Shown piece by piece: positions 47,937 to 57,388 of a stretch of 64,000 nucleotides of DNA. Source of the DNA: an uncultured Actinomycetes bacterium (GTDB lineage: Bacteria; Actinomycetota; Acidimicrobiia; Acidimicrobiales; JACCXE01); NCBI GenBank assembly GCA_963718605.1, contig OY970363.1:192505-256504 (forward strand). The letters run 5' to 3'. The notes below the pieces were generated by a model. It did no database searches. It was not told the DNA's origin and saw nothing but the letters and a program-made list of their open reading frames with translations. The position numbers and the translations under genes are program-made. Positions within the stretch are counted from its first letter, which is position 1, and every line of letters starts with the position of its first letter.

Positions 47937-49910
47937 ATGGGATCGGGAGCCAGTGATGCACCCGAACTTGTGGATGGGATGCCTCGAGAGGTCGTCGCCC
48001 AGATTCTGAAGGATCTCGACCGGGGACCGAAGATCATCGACTGCCTGCGGACCGCTGGTCATCTCATCGCAGAGGCGCGGGAGGACACGACGGGTCTTCG
48101 GCTGGTCGAGTCCGCCGCATACAACCTGCGCGAGGCGCTCGACGCGCTCGTCGTTGGTCAAGAAGCCGGCGAAAGCGCGCTGGACAAGTTCAGGGACGCG
48201 TACCGGCGGTACGGCGTCGCGTCGGCCGAACCGGGGGCCGACGAGGCGGCGGTGCTGAGGGCTCTCGCCACAGAGGTCGGCCGAGTGGCGACTGATACCA
48301 GCCACCAGGATTTCCGCACGCGGCAGTTCCTTGGCTGGCTGAAGTCCCGGACGGGGATTGCTCCCTTGCCGGGAGACGATGACCCGAGTGCGCAACTCGC
48401 GCGTCTTCGCAGACGAGTCAACGGTGCGCTACACGACAGCGGCACTCTCGCGAACGTCGCCGGGTTTTACGACGAAGGGACGTCGTGGTTCACCCGGCTG
48501 TTTACGCCTCCGGATGACCGAGTGCGACGGATCATCGAGCTCGCGCGCAACCCATTTGGCGAGGCGGCACAGGTGCAGGTTCTGCGCACCGAGATCGCTT
48601 ACAACGCTCACCACCTAGGCCGGTTTCTCGCCGAGGCGCGGGACCCGGCCTGGCTCGATGCATTGTTCGACGACGGGCTCATTCATCCGCCGCGCGACGA
48701 CGAACCTTGGCCGGTGGCGTCGTTGGTTGGCGGCAACGGTGGCATCGCTGCTTCTGACACGGTGGCGCTGCTGAGTCGGTTGCGGGCGTCGACGGCTGCT
48801 AGCGACGCGGCATCACTGTTGAGGTTGGACCGCAACCTCGTCCAGCTCGGCCTTCGATTGGGCGAGCCATCTCACGCGTTGGTCATCGATGTCGTGGCGA
48901 AGCACGGGAGTGACCACTGGATTCAACGACTCGCCGTGAACGTCGCCAGAGAGGCCGACCCCGCGTCGCCGGTCGTCGTCGCCGTGGCGGACGCCGTCAT
49001 CAACAGTCGCTCGACGTCGGACGCCGGATACCAGACCCGGACGATGACCGATCTGCTCATCGGCGGGATTAATACTGACAACGCGCGGGAGCGGTTCGCG
49101 TTGTTGGCGTCGAAGCTTGAACGATTGGCGACGCACGCCAGCCTTCGCGTGTCGCCACCGGACATCGCCGCCCTCAACACTCCGGACGCCGATGGAGATC
49201 TTCGCGACGAGCCGCTTATCGTGACCGAACGCTTCGTGAACGCCATTGGGCGGTGGCGGGAGCTGGGGTTGCCGACATCGGAGCTCGTGGCATTGGTTGA
49301 GCCGATTGGCGGGCAGCTCGGCGAGCGCATCCTGTGCAGAGTTTTGGTCGGCGCCGAGGACGTGACCAGGAAGTCAAAGCTCGCTCACCTGGCTCTGCGA
49401 TTGCACTCACCAACGGCTTCGGGCGACGACCGTGACCTGCTCGCAGACTTAGGACAGTTAACCGACGTCGAGATCGCGGAACTTGCAATCGCGTTCGGTG
49501 CGCCGTCCGAGGCACCGGAGTCCGATGGAAACGGAATGGTGACCCTGCCCGCCGATTGGGCTCGGGCCTGGCGCTGGTCGATGCTGCTTCCCCCGGCCGT
49601 GCTGGACTCGTGGACAGCCGCGATCGAGGCCGTTATCGGGCGACATGGCCCCCCCGATCCCGAAGCGTTCAGCGCGTCGGCTTCCGAGGCATTTCTCGGT
49701 GCCGTCCAATCCGCCGCACACTTCAGAGGAGCTCTCCGCGGTCTCTCCAATAGATGCTGCCGAATTGGTGGCGGCGTGGCGTCCCACACCCGACATGGGT
49801 CTGTGGGGCTCAAGCCTCTACGAGCTCGCCGTCGAAATCGAGAGCGCGATCAGTGGAGACATCGACGCATGGGTGGCGGACCCGGTCGCGATCGTCACGG
49901 CGCTGCGTGA
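47937..49910 (+). CDS. large hypothetical helical protein, N-terminal segment (probably the first part of a frameshifted ~1075-aa gene)
   Basis: Coding-looking sequence up to about ...GPPDPEAFSASASEAFLGAVQS (~49710). The last ~65 codons (RGALRGLSNRCCRIGGGVASHTRH...RRRNRERDQWRHRR) look like out-of-frame translation. I recognised no NTPase or nuclease motifs. Confidence 0.55.
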   Translation: MGSGASDAPELVDGMPREVVAQILKDLDRGPKIIDCLRTAGHLIAEAREDTTGLRLVESAAYNLREALDALVVGQEAGESALDKFRDAYRRYGVASAEPGADEAAVLRALATEVGRVATDTSHQDFRTRQFLGWLKSRTGIAPLPGDDDPSAQLARLRRRVNGALHDSGTLANVAGFYDEGTSWFTRLFTPPDDRVRRIIELARNPFGEAAQVQVLRTEIAYNAHHLGRFLAEARDPAWLDALFDDGLIHPPRDDEPWPVASLVGGNGGIAASDTVALLSRLRASTAASDAASLLRLDRNLVQLGLRLGEPSHALVIDVVAKHGSDHWIQRLAVNVAREADPASPVVVAVADAVINSRSTSDAGYQTRTMTDLLIGGINTDNARERFALLASKLERLATHASLRVSPPDIAALNTPDADGDLRDEPLIVTERFVNAIGRWRELGLPTSELVALVEPIGGQLGERILCRVLVGAEDVTRKSKLAHLALRLHSPTASGDDRDLLADLGQLTDVEIAELAIAFGAPSEAPESDGNGMVTLPADWARAWRWSMLLPPAVLDSWTAAIEAVIGRHGPPDPEAFSASASEAFLGAVQSAAHFRGALRGLSNRCCRIGGGVASHTRHGSVGLKPLRARRRNRERDQWRHRRMGGGPGRDRHGAA

Positions 49911-51168
49911 ACCGGCCTACATCCAGCGGTACCTCCGGGTCCTTCAGAAACACGCGAAAGAGTTGACCAGCTTGGCGGGACCGATCTTGGACGCCGTCGC
50001 GCTCGTCAACAGCAAGCCGTGGATCCCCGCCGAAATCACCAGCGACGTCAACCCGGAAACTGCATGGTTCGACCTCGAGCGGCCAATCGTTGACCTGATC
50101 GCAGCGTTCGCAAACGCTGAGGCGGACTTCGGTGAGCACCGCGACTTGATGTGGCGGATAACCGCGCAACTCGTACGGGCCGTACCGACCGACCTGCCAC
50201 CCCTAGACGAACCTACGGATCGCGAGGCTCACAACGATGCGTACGGCCGCGCAATCAACACGACGTACGGCAAGGCACTGGAAGCCGCCGTTTCCGTCGG
50301 CTGGCTCGACCATCGCCGCGACGGAACGACTCCGCAGGAGTTCGTCGATCTCCTCGACTTTGCAATAACGGTGCCGGGCGCGGTTGGTGCGGAGTTGCGC
50401 TCGATCCTCGCTGTCTCCCGGCCGGTACTGGAGTACTCCGCCGCTGACTGGTTGGACCGTTGCCACGAAGAACTCTTCGGCGGCGAACTCGGCCAAGTCA
50501 CCTTCGAAGCGACGCTGAAGTATCCGCGTCCCACAACCTGGCTCTACGAGAACTACCGGACCCGCATCGCGGCGGCCGCCCTCGACAAGGTTCCTAGCGC
50601 CGTCGCACTGCCATTGATCGGATACCTGTGGGATCTCGAAAAGTTCACCATCGCGAGCGTCCTCGGTGGCTACCACAGCAACGTCGACGTCCTCCGCGAA
50701 ACCGCCGAAGAAATCGCATCGTTGGTATCGGACGCAGAGGCCGACGAACCGATGCTGAACCATGCGCTGAAGTTCTGGGACGGCATGCTCGACGGCGCTG
50801 GTTCGACGGTGCCCAAAGCAGCGCTGGCGGGTGCCGGCCGATGGGTCTACGTAGACAAAGTCAACGACGAGGAGCTACTGCCGAGGCTGGAACGAACGGT
50901 GCTGCACACCGGTGGAGTCATCGACTTCGAAACCGAGGTCGCTGACCGATGCCGTGATGCACAACCCAACGCCACAGCGCTTCGAATTCTCCGACTCATT
51001 CAGGGCCACGGCGACCCGTGGGAACGCGACCACGTAGGAGACATCGCGATCGAGGCGTTGGTTGCCGCGGCAGGACACGACACAGGCCCGGAGTTCAACG
51101 AACTGCGAGATCGTCTACTCGAACTCGGCTATCACGCCGCCGCCGATATTGAACCGGGGCACATCTAG
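49699..51168 (+). CDS. large hypothetical helical protein, C-terminal segment (frame +1 relative to 47937..49910)
   Basis: ORF track gives 49645..51168. Its first ~18 codons look non-coding. Protein-like sequence begins near GVPSNPPHTSEELSAVSPIDAAELVAAW (GTG at 49699). No recognisable domain. Confidence 0.55.
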   Translation: MPSNPPHTSEELSAVSPIDAAELVAAWRPTPDMGLWGSSLYELAVEIESAISGDIDAWVADPVAIVTALREPAYIQRYLRVLQKHAKELTSLAGPILDAVALVNSKPWIPAEITSDVNPETAWFDLERPIVDLIAAFANAEADFGEHRDLMWRITAQLVRAVPTDLPPLDEPTDREAHNDAYGRAINTTYGKALEAAVSVGWLDHRRDGTTPQEFVDLLDFAITVPGAVGAELRSILAVSRPVLEYSAADWLDRCHEELFGGELGQVTFEATLKYPRPTTWLYENYRTRIAAAALDKVPSAVALPLIGYLWDLEKFTIASVLGGYHSNVDVLRETAEEIASLVSDAEADEPMLNHALKFWDGMLDGAGSTVPKAALAGAGRWVYVDKVNDEELLPRLERTVLHTGGVIDFETEVADRCRDAQPNATALRILRLIQGHGDPWERDHVGDIAIEALVAAAGHDTGPEFNELRDRLLELGYHAAADIEPGHI

Positions 51169-51509
51169 GCCCGGCTCGGGTCCACCCCATCGGTCTGCCT
51201 CGGGCGCGGTCCGAGCGCCTCGAGTTTCATCGCGACCGCAATGCTCGGTAGCGGACCCAGCGCAGGCTCCAAGGCCTCGCGCACCGAGCCACGGTCGGGG
51301 TAGTCCAGTGCGACCATTGCGCTGATGCACGTGTCGTAGAGGCCCGAGACATCGGCGGTTGGCCACGCCCCCACGATCTCCCGAAAGAGCAGAGTCGACC
51401 GAGTCGGTTTGAGATGCGGGAAGCGCGCCTCGTTTGCGGTCAGGCGCCACGCTTTCCTGAAGGAGCTGTGACGCGTCCGGCCGCGACCAATCGACGCCGG
51501 CGTCCGCAC
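51165..51509 (-). CDS. small hypothetical protein (weakly supported)
   Basis: 114-codon ORF with GTG start, 15 nt downstream of the 522-aa gene on the same strand. Composition is protein-like (…LLFREIVGAWPTADVSGLYDTCISAMVALDYPDRGSVREALEPALG…) and third-position GC is high. There is no obvious SD and no domain. It overlaps the convergent gene end by 4 nt. Confidence 0.3.
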   Translation of the reverse strand: MRTPASIGRGRTRHSSFRKAWRLTANEARFPHLKPTRSTLLFREIVGAWPTADVSGLYDTCISAMVALDYPDRGSVREALEPALGPLPSIAVAMKLEALGPRPRQTDGVDPSRA

Positions 51510-51524
51510 CAGGTTGCGAACTGT

Positions 51525-53093
51525 CTACGTCACTAGGAGTTCGGCGTCGACGCGGAGATCTCCGTACCGAATCCGGTGCCACTCGGTGCCGCAAAACTCG
51601 ACTGGGGGGGTTGGCGGCGATTCGAGGAGGTGGACGAGCTCGCGGACCGTCGCACCTTTCCGCAATGTCCTGGACAACAGCTGATGCGATCGCAGAAAGA
51701 CTTCGTTCTTATCGATGTCGCGCGTAGCGAGGACATCGCGGGTTAGCACGAACCAACGACGGTCGAAGTCACTGACGTCGGGCCAGTCAGCCGGCCATCT
51801 GACCGCGGCATCGCCACCGTCGACTTCGCGGCGGAGGCGCTCGACTTGCTTTCGCTTTTCGATCGCCTGCCCCTCCGTCCTGTAGACCTCGGCGTTTCCG
51901 TCGGCGGCGATGTGCCACTTGATCTCGAAGATGGCGATCAACTTGTCGCGTGGGTCGCAGACGACCACGTCCAGGTCCCCGGCGGCGTCGCCGTTGCACC
52001 GGGCCACCCTTACCCGACTCGCGACAAGGGTCCCTTTGGCCATCCGATCGAACGTTTTTCGCGTCGCGTGTTCGCCAGCGATGCCCAGGAGCTGTCCGGC
52101 CTCACCGAACATGCTGGGGTCAGGCTGCACAATGGCGAGCGTGTTGCGGTGTGGGGCGCCCGGCAGGATCAACGAGCTCATCGGCATCAGCGCACGTCCC
52201 AGAGGGGCAAGCGGGGTCAGGGCGGCGTCCGCGCACCTAGAGACGTCGATCGTATGGAGCGTCGTAATTCGATCGACCGCTCCTAGATCGATGTTCGCGC
52301 TGTCAGCGACATCCTCAATGAATCGTTCGCGGTCGACGACAGGAACGATCGTCGGCGGATGCACCGAGCCAGCCGTAATCGCGGCATTCATCTGCATTCC
52401 CCGTGCCATGAGCTCCTGCCAATAGGCGTCGAGCTGCGCGACGGTAAAGCCCGCCACCGACGCACTCGGCGGTAAATACTTCGGGTAGGTCTCGAGCACG
52501 TCTGCGGACACGGTGCGATACAGATCCTGCACCCACGCGGGCGTCTGATCCCAGGGTGTGGTCAGACCGTCGGTGCCAATCCAGTCGGCAAGCCTCGGGT
52601 CACGTTGACGTCGCGGAGGTGCGAGGGATCCGAGGTTCTCGACGAGATCGAGCATTCGGTCGAGAGCATCGACCTCGTGGTTTCCACGGTATGGGAGCCT
52701 TACAAGGGTCCCCTCGGACTCAAAACCACGAAGGCCGACGCGCACCTCGACTAGCAAGTTTCGTAGCGCCCAATATCGCTCGGTCAGCGTCCACATTGCC
52801 CCGCGATCCTGCTCGGACGATGCTCGTCTCGGAGCCGGGCCGGCCATGTACTGCGTCACCCAGCCAGCGCCGATCCCCACCTTGTTGTGGTGGGCAGCCG
52901 TGGACGTTGCGACGGCCGCGTGTGGTCCGATCTCGGCCGAGAGTTTCCGCAGTTCCGCCACGGGCTGCACGTTCAGCCAAGCCAGTGTCGGAAAAACGGC
53001 GGCATCCCCATCACGCCAGCAAGCGAGTCGCAACGGACGACCTTCCACGTACGTAGCGAAGCCCTCGAGGTCGAGGGATCGCGGCTTGCCCAT
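51525..53093 (-). CDS. hypothetical protein with C-terminal NERD/PD-(D/E)xK nuclease-like domain
   Basis: 522 aa starting at ATG 53093. C-terminal GIAGEHATRKTF...AAGDLDVVVCDPRDKLIAIFEIKWH fits the G-x-x-G-E ... D ... E-x-K pattern of NERD/restriction-endonuclease-fold proteins. The N-terminal ~380 aa are unrecognised. Confidence 0.5.
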   Translation of the reverse strand: MGKPRSLDLEGFATYVEGRPLRLACWRDGDAAVFPTLAWLNVQPVAELRKLSAEIGPHAAVATSTAAHHNKVGIGAGWVTQYMAGPAPRRASSEQDRGAMWTLTERYWALRNLLVEVRVGLRGFESEGTLVRLPYRGNHEVDALDRMLDLVENLGSLAPPRRQRDPRLADWIGTDGLTTPWDQTPAWVQDLYRTVSADVLETYPKYLPPSASVAGFTVAQLDAYWQELMARGMQMNAAITAGSVHPPTIVPVVDRERFIEDVADSANIDLGAVDRITTLHTIDVSRCADAALTPLAPLGRALMPMSSLILPGAPHRNTLAIVQPDPSMFGEAGQLLGIAGEHATRKTFDRMAKGTLVASRVRVARCNGDAAGDLDVVVCDPRDKLIAIFEIKWHIAADGNAEVYRTEGQAIEKRKQVERLRREVDGGDAAVRWPADWPDVSDFDRRWFVLTRDVLATRDIDKNEVFLRSHQLLSRTLRKGATVRELVHLLESPPTPPVEFCGTEWHRIRYGDLRVDAELLVT

Positions 53094-53366
53094 GCTTGAA
53101 GTGTTCCACCTGCCTCTCAGAATCGCCGCTCCTTATTCCAGGCGCAAAGGGGTTGATCGGCCACATGGGACGCAAATGTCCGTGCAGGGCACACGTGCGC
53201 CCTGGGCCGCGGACTCGTGCGGGTGGCAGAGGATGCCTGAATGTGGCGGCGCCGCTCCGATCCAGCATGGACTCGGCGGGCGCGGCCTCGTTGAGTCTCA
53301 AGCCCCGCTCGGAAGTCACGCGCTTGTCAGCGGCATCAGCGTTGACGCATTCGTACTATTCAACGA

Positions 53367-55169
53367 GTGGCTGACGTCGAACCCGTGGATGCCGAACCTG
53401 ATGACGTCGCGCCCGAAGTGGACCCGTCCGCACCGCTCTACATTGAGCGCGTCAGCGTCCGAAATTTTCGCGGTCTCGCGGCGTGCGAGCTTGAACTCGA
53501 ACCTCAGCTCACATTGCTCGTCGGACGCAACAATTCCGGGAAGTCACGCATTCTGCGTGCCATCGCGATCGCGTTTGCTGGAGTTGCGGCCGAACTCGAC
53601 GACCTGACTGTCGGGTCCGACGATCCGGCAGTCGTTGACGTCGTCGTGGGTCCCCGTCCTCCCGAGGCCGAAGCGGACGAGGACGTCTTCAGCGGGCCAG
53701 TCGGAATTCGACTCGGCCCAGGTGCGGTACAGACCGTCCGAGAGGAACCGCTTCGCGAACGATTTGCTTGGCGGACGACCGTTCGTCGATCGGCCGAAGG
53801 CTTGGGCGCTCGGACCGAGGCACATGTTCTTGTCTTCGACGCGGCTGATTCTCAATGGGTGCAACCTGGCGGAGCCGCGATGGTGTCGCGCGACCAGCGC
53901 TCCCTTCTTGCGGTTGACCTAATTGAAGCGCGCCGAGACGTCGTCGAGGAACTGACGCGACGAGGATCGGCGATCAGACGCGTTCTGAGCGACCTCGAAG
54001 TTGATGTCGTGAAGCGCGCCGAGCTCGAGGAGCAGTTAGCGGCACTTGGAGCGGAAATAGTCGCCAATAGCGCGACTCTCGACTCGATCCGTGGTGCGCT
54101 CGAAGAGCTCGAAGAAGTGGTCGGCACGGTCGGGAAGCCCGCGCTCAGTCCGCTGCCCGTTCGGCTGGAGGAACTCGCGCGCTCGGTGTCGATCGATCTC
54201 GACACTGGATCGGGTGGTCTGCCCATGCGGCTTCACGGCCTGGGATCGAGGAGCCTCTCGTCCCTTCAGATGCAGGGTGTCATGTACAACCGCCGGCTCG
54301 GAGTCGACGGCCCGGCTCTTCGCCCCCACCCGCTGACGCTGATCGAGGAGCCGGAGGCGCACCTGCACCCCCAGGCGAGCATCGAGTTGGCAGGCCTTCT
54401 GACCGGCATCCGGGGACAGGTGGTGGCCACGACGCATTCACCGCAGGTTGTGACCGCAGTCGAGGCAAGGTGTCTGCGCGTAATCCGCGAGGACGCGGGA
54501 GTGACGAAGGTTTTTGACCTCGGCCCGACGGACGACATGTCGGTTCACCGACACTTGCGACCGTGCCTTCACGCGGAGGAAATGGAGAAGCTCCGGCGGT
54601 TGGTAGAACGGCCGTTCGGCGAAGTGCTGTTCGCAAGCGTGGTTGTTATGGGCGATGGCGCGACTGAGCGATCGTTTCTTCCGATCGTCCTGCGCCATGC
54701 GGTGGGATCGAAGGCTCACGGCGTGTGCGTGATCGACCCAGGCAGCCTTGGCGGTGCGCTCGCTCCCGCCGTAGTGAAGTTCGCGAACCTCGTCGACGCT
54801 CCTTGGTTCATATTCAGCGACACCGATGATCAAGGACAGAAGGCTGCGAACAAGCTGGTAGACGACTTCGCGGGCGGCGATGCATCTCACATCGTGTGGG
54901 TTGACGAGGCCGGTGCGCTGGCCGACCCGGCGGGAGACGGTGCGATTGAGCGCCTCATGGCGAGTTTCGACGACCAAATGTGCATCGACGCCTGTGTCGA
55001 GATGCGGCCGGACGCGGACCAAACCAAATCGGCTCTGGATCTGTTGAAGGACGCGAAGGGCTCCGTTGGAGCAACGTTGGCGCGGCGTTTTGTTCAGAAG
55101 TACCCGAACGTCGATGACTGGCCCGAATGCCTTCGTACACTTGTCGAGCGGCTCAACGACGCCGTCTGA
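53367..55169 (+). CDS. gajA: OLD-family ATP-dependent nuclease (ABC-type ATPase + Toprim), GajA-like
   Basis: IERVSVRNFRGL...LLVGRNNSGKS (Walker A), LTLIEEPEAHLHP (Walker B region), VVMGDGATERSFLP and FIFSDTDDQG (Toprim Glu and DxD). It is followed directly by a UvrD-like helicase. Start is uncertain: GTG 53367 or GTG 53418. Confidence 0.7.
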   Translation: MADVEPVDAEPDDVAPEVDPSAPLYIERVSVRNFRGLAACELELEPQLTLLVGRNNSGKSRILRAIAIAFAGVAAELDDLTVGSDDPAVVDVVVGPRPPEAEADEDVFSGPVGIRLGPGAVQTVREEPLRERFAWRTTVRRSAEGLGARTEAHVLVFDAADSQWVQPGGAAMVSRDQRSLLAVDLIEARRDVVEELTRRGSAIRRVLSDLEVDVVKRAELEEQLAALGAEIVANSATLDSIRGALEELEEVVGTVGKPALSPLPVRLEELARSVSIDLDTGSGGLPMRLHGLGSRSLSSLQMQGVMYNRRLGVDGPALRPHPLTLIEEPEAHLHPQASIELAGLLTGIRGQVVATTHSPQVVTAVEARCLRVIREDAGVTKVFDLGPTDDMSVHRHLRPCLHAEEMEKLRRLVERPFGEVLFASVVVMGDGATERSFLPIVLRHAVGSKAHGVCVIDPGSLGGALAPAVVKFANLVDAPWFIFSDTDDQGQKAANKLVDDFAGGDASHIVWVDEAGALADPAGDGAIERLMASFDDQMCIDACVEMRPDADQTKSALDLLKDAKGSVGATLARRFVQKYPNVDDWPECLRTLVERLNDAV

Positions 55170-55182
55170 GTTGGAGTTCCTC

Positions 55183-57000
55183 ATGGAAGGCGTTCGATCC
55201 GTGTACACACTCAGCGACGAGCAACAGGCGGCGGTCGACTGCGATGACGCTGCAATCGTCGTTGTCGCGAGTGCAGGAAGCGGCAAAACGGAAGTCGTCG
55301 CGCGTCGGGTGGAACGGCTGCTAACGAGTTCGGCCGGGGATTCGTCGCGAGTCTTGGCTCTCTCGTACACGATCAAAGCGGCAGACGAGTTGCGCGACCG
55401 ATTCCGCGAACGGTTGGGCGACCTTCACCGTCGTGTCGACACGGACACCGTGCACGGATTTGCTCACTCGCTTCTGCGACAAGGCGGAACGCGCATCGGA
55501 CTGCCCGTCGAGCCGGAAGTTCTAAGTCGGGACGCGGACCGGGTCGAGCTTCTGGGTCGTTGGCTCGCCGCAGAGGGCGCGAGGGTGCCCGACGATCTCG
55601 CCGCGGCGCTGGGGGCGCTTGACCTCAGTCGGGCGCGCCTACAAGAGGCGCCGTTGGGGGTCGAGTGGGATGCGGCGTTGCGCGATGCAGGAGCAGTCGA
55701 CTACCCGGCGATGCTCGAACGTGCGAACGAGCTACTCGGCCTCGCATCGACCCGCCGCCAGCTCTCGCGCCTGTACAGCCACGTGATCGTTGACGAGGCG
55801 CAGAACCTCACTCCTGCGCAGTATGCATTGCTCACAGCTGTCATCGGCCTTCCCGGCGACGACCAAATTCCAGCGATGATTGTCGGCGATGACAAACAAT
55901 CGATTGTCAGTTTCGCTGGCGCTGATCCAGCGCTGATCCGGCAGTTCGCCAAGGACTACCGAGCAACGCGATTCGAACTAACGAAGAATTTCCGTTCCGC
56001 GGCAGCCATCGCGACCGTTGGGCAATCCGTCGCGAAAGCGCTCGGTCAGCGCGGCGAGGTCGAGCCGGCCGACAGCTTCGCTGCGCCTGGCGTTGTACTT
56101 ACCTACGAAGCCGACGATGAGACTGACGAAGCAGCACGAGTTACGGCGTGGATCGTTGATCTCCTCCGAGACGGACTGCCAAAGGATGTTGTCGCGGCCG
56201 GTGAGTCAACGACCGTTCGACCTGAGGACATCGCGGTTCTTGCGCGATCCGCCGCCGCCCTTCGCTACACACGGGCGGCTCTTGAGGCCGCTGGGATCCA
56301 GGCCGCGTCCGCCAGCGCTCCTGAGGATTGGCTTGCTACGACGGCGGCCGACGTGATTGTTGAACTGATCGCGCTCCAAAGTTCCGCAGACCACAAGTCA
56401 ACCCACTGGCAGCTCGCGCGATTGCTGGACGCGGACGAGGACGACGTACGTGACCCCGCAGCGCTGAAACAGACGCTTGCAGGTAACGCCGATGAGGGCC
56501 TTCGTGCGATCGCGAGTCTCTGCGATGCGGAGCAGCCGTCGGACCTCGTGGCAGCGCTCGCCTCCATCGAACTGTCGGCGGATACCACCTCGCCCCTGTC
56601 GGTCGCGTGGCACTCCGACTGCGCTCTCATCGGCGAGTCATGGCTTGCATTCACGGCCCAGGCCTCGGCAGCGGAGTGGACCTGGGGAAACTTCGGCCTG
56701 TATCTCTCACGAATACAGCGCGGCACCACGGGCGGGTCTGGCGTCAAACTCATGACGATTCACAAAGCCCAGGGCCAAGAGTTCCCGGTTGTCGCTTTGA
56801 TCGGTCTGAACGACGGCCAGCTTCCTGACTTCCGTGCAAACGACGAAGCGAGCCAACTCGCCGAGTTACGAACGTTCTACGTCGCGGTCAGCCGCGCTAG
56901 CCGGGCGCTCTTGGTCACTCGGCCACGGTTCCGAGACACGCGCTTCGGCCCACGGGGCTCCCGGGAGTCCGCGTATTGGGAGTTCCTCGTCGCGAGCTGA
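55183..57000 (+). CDS. gajB: UvrD/PcrA-like superfamily 1 helicase, GajB-like
   Basis: VVASAGSGKTEV (motif I), HVIVDEAQNL (motif II), KNFRS and MTIHKAQGQEFPVV. Start set to ATG 55183, 13 nt after the gajA stop with GGAG upstream. The ORF-track start 55066 lies inside gajA. Confidence 0.75.
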   Translation: MEGVRSVYTLSDEQQAAVDCDDAAIVVVASAGSGKTEVVARRVERLLTSSAGDSSRVLALSYTIKAADELRDRFRERLGDLHRRVDTDTVHGFAHSLLRQGGTRIGLPVEPEVLSRDADRVELLGRWLAAEGARVPDDLAAALGALDLSRARLQEAPLGVEWDAALRDAGAVDYPAMLERANELLGLASTRRQLSRLYSHVIVDEAQNLTPAQYALLTAVIGLPGDDQIPAMIVGDDKQSIVSFAGADPALIRQFAKDYRATRFELTKNFRSAAAIATVGQSVAKALGQRGEVEPADSFAAPGVVLTYEADDETDEAARVTAWIVDLLRDGLPKDVVAAGESTTVRPEDIAVLARSAAALRYTRAALEAAGIQAASASAPEDWLATTAADVIVELIALQSSADHKSTHWQLARLLDADEDDVRDPAALKQTLAGNADEGLRAIASLCDAEQPSDLVAALASIELSADTTSPLSVAWHSDCALIGESWLAFTAQASAAEWTWGNFGLYLSRIQRGTTGGSGVKLMTIHKAQGQEFPVVALIGLNDGQLPDFRANDEASQLAELRTFYVAVSRASRALLVTRPRFRDTRFGPRGSRESAYWEFLVAS

Positions 57001-57190
57001 CTGCATCTTCGTCGAGGAGCAGAGCGACAAGGACCGATCCGCCCTAGACCACGTAGGCGTGACCCACCCAGTTCAATGTGGCCCGCCCGCCGTCCGACGA
57101 GTTGCGCGGAGTACGGAATCTCGCGGCACTCAGAATCAGATTTCAACGAGGGTTAAAGCGGTCCCACACACTTAGCCGGAGGCAGGACCC

Positions 57191-57388
57191 ATGAGCATCT
57201 CGGACCTGATCAACAAAACCCTCAAGAAAGCGAATGTCGAATCGATACTCGGTGATCTCGGTGTGATGCAGATCGCGGGGGCGATTTCCAGCGGCGCCTC
57301 TGAGGCCGAAATCTTGGCCATCGAGGCTGGGCTGGTGGAAGCGACCGACAACACGCCTCAGGCCACGGATCTGGTCGAAAAGCCGTGA
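57191..57388 (+). CDS. small hypothetical protein (65 aa)
   Basis: GGAGG at 57178-57182, 8 nt before the ATG. Its stop overlaps the GTG of the CHAP gene (GTGA). No recognisable domain. Confidence 0.5.
   Translation: MSISDLINKTLKKANVESILGDLGVMQIAGAISSGASEAEILAIEAGLVEATDNTPQATDLVEKP

Noticed and set aside
51115-51594. ORF 51115..51594(-) and ORF 51062..51325(+) in the convergent gap
   Set aside because: They are Arg/Gly/Pro-rich, overlap better candidates and have no motifs. Only the 51165..51509 frame looks even weakly protein-like.
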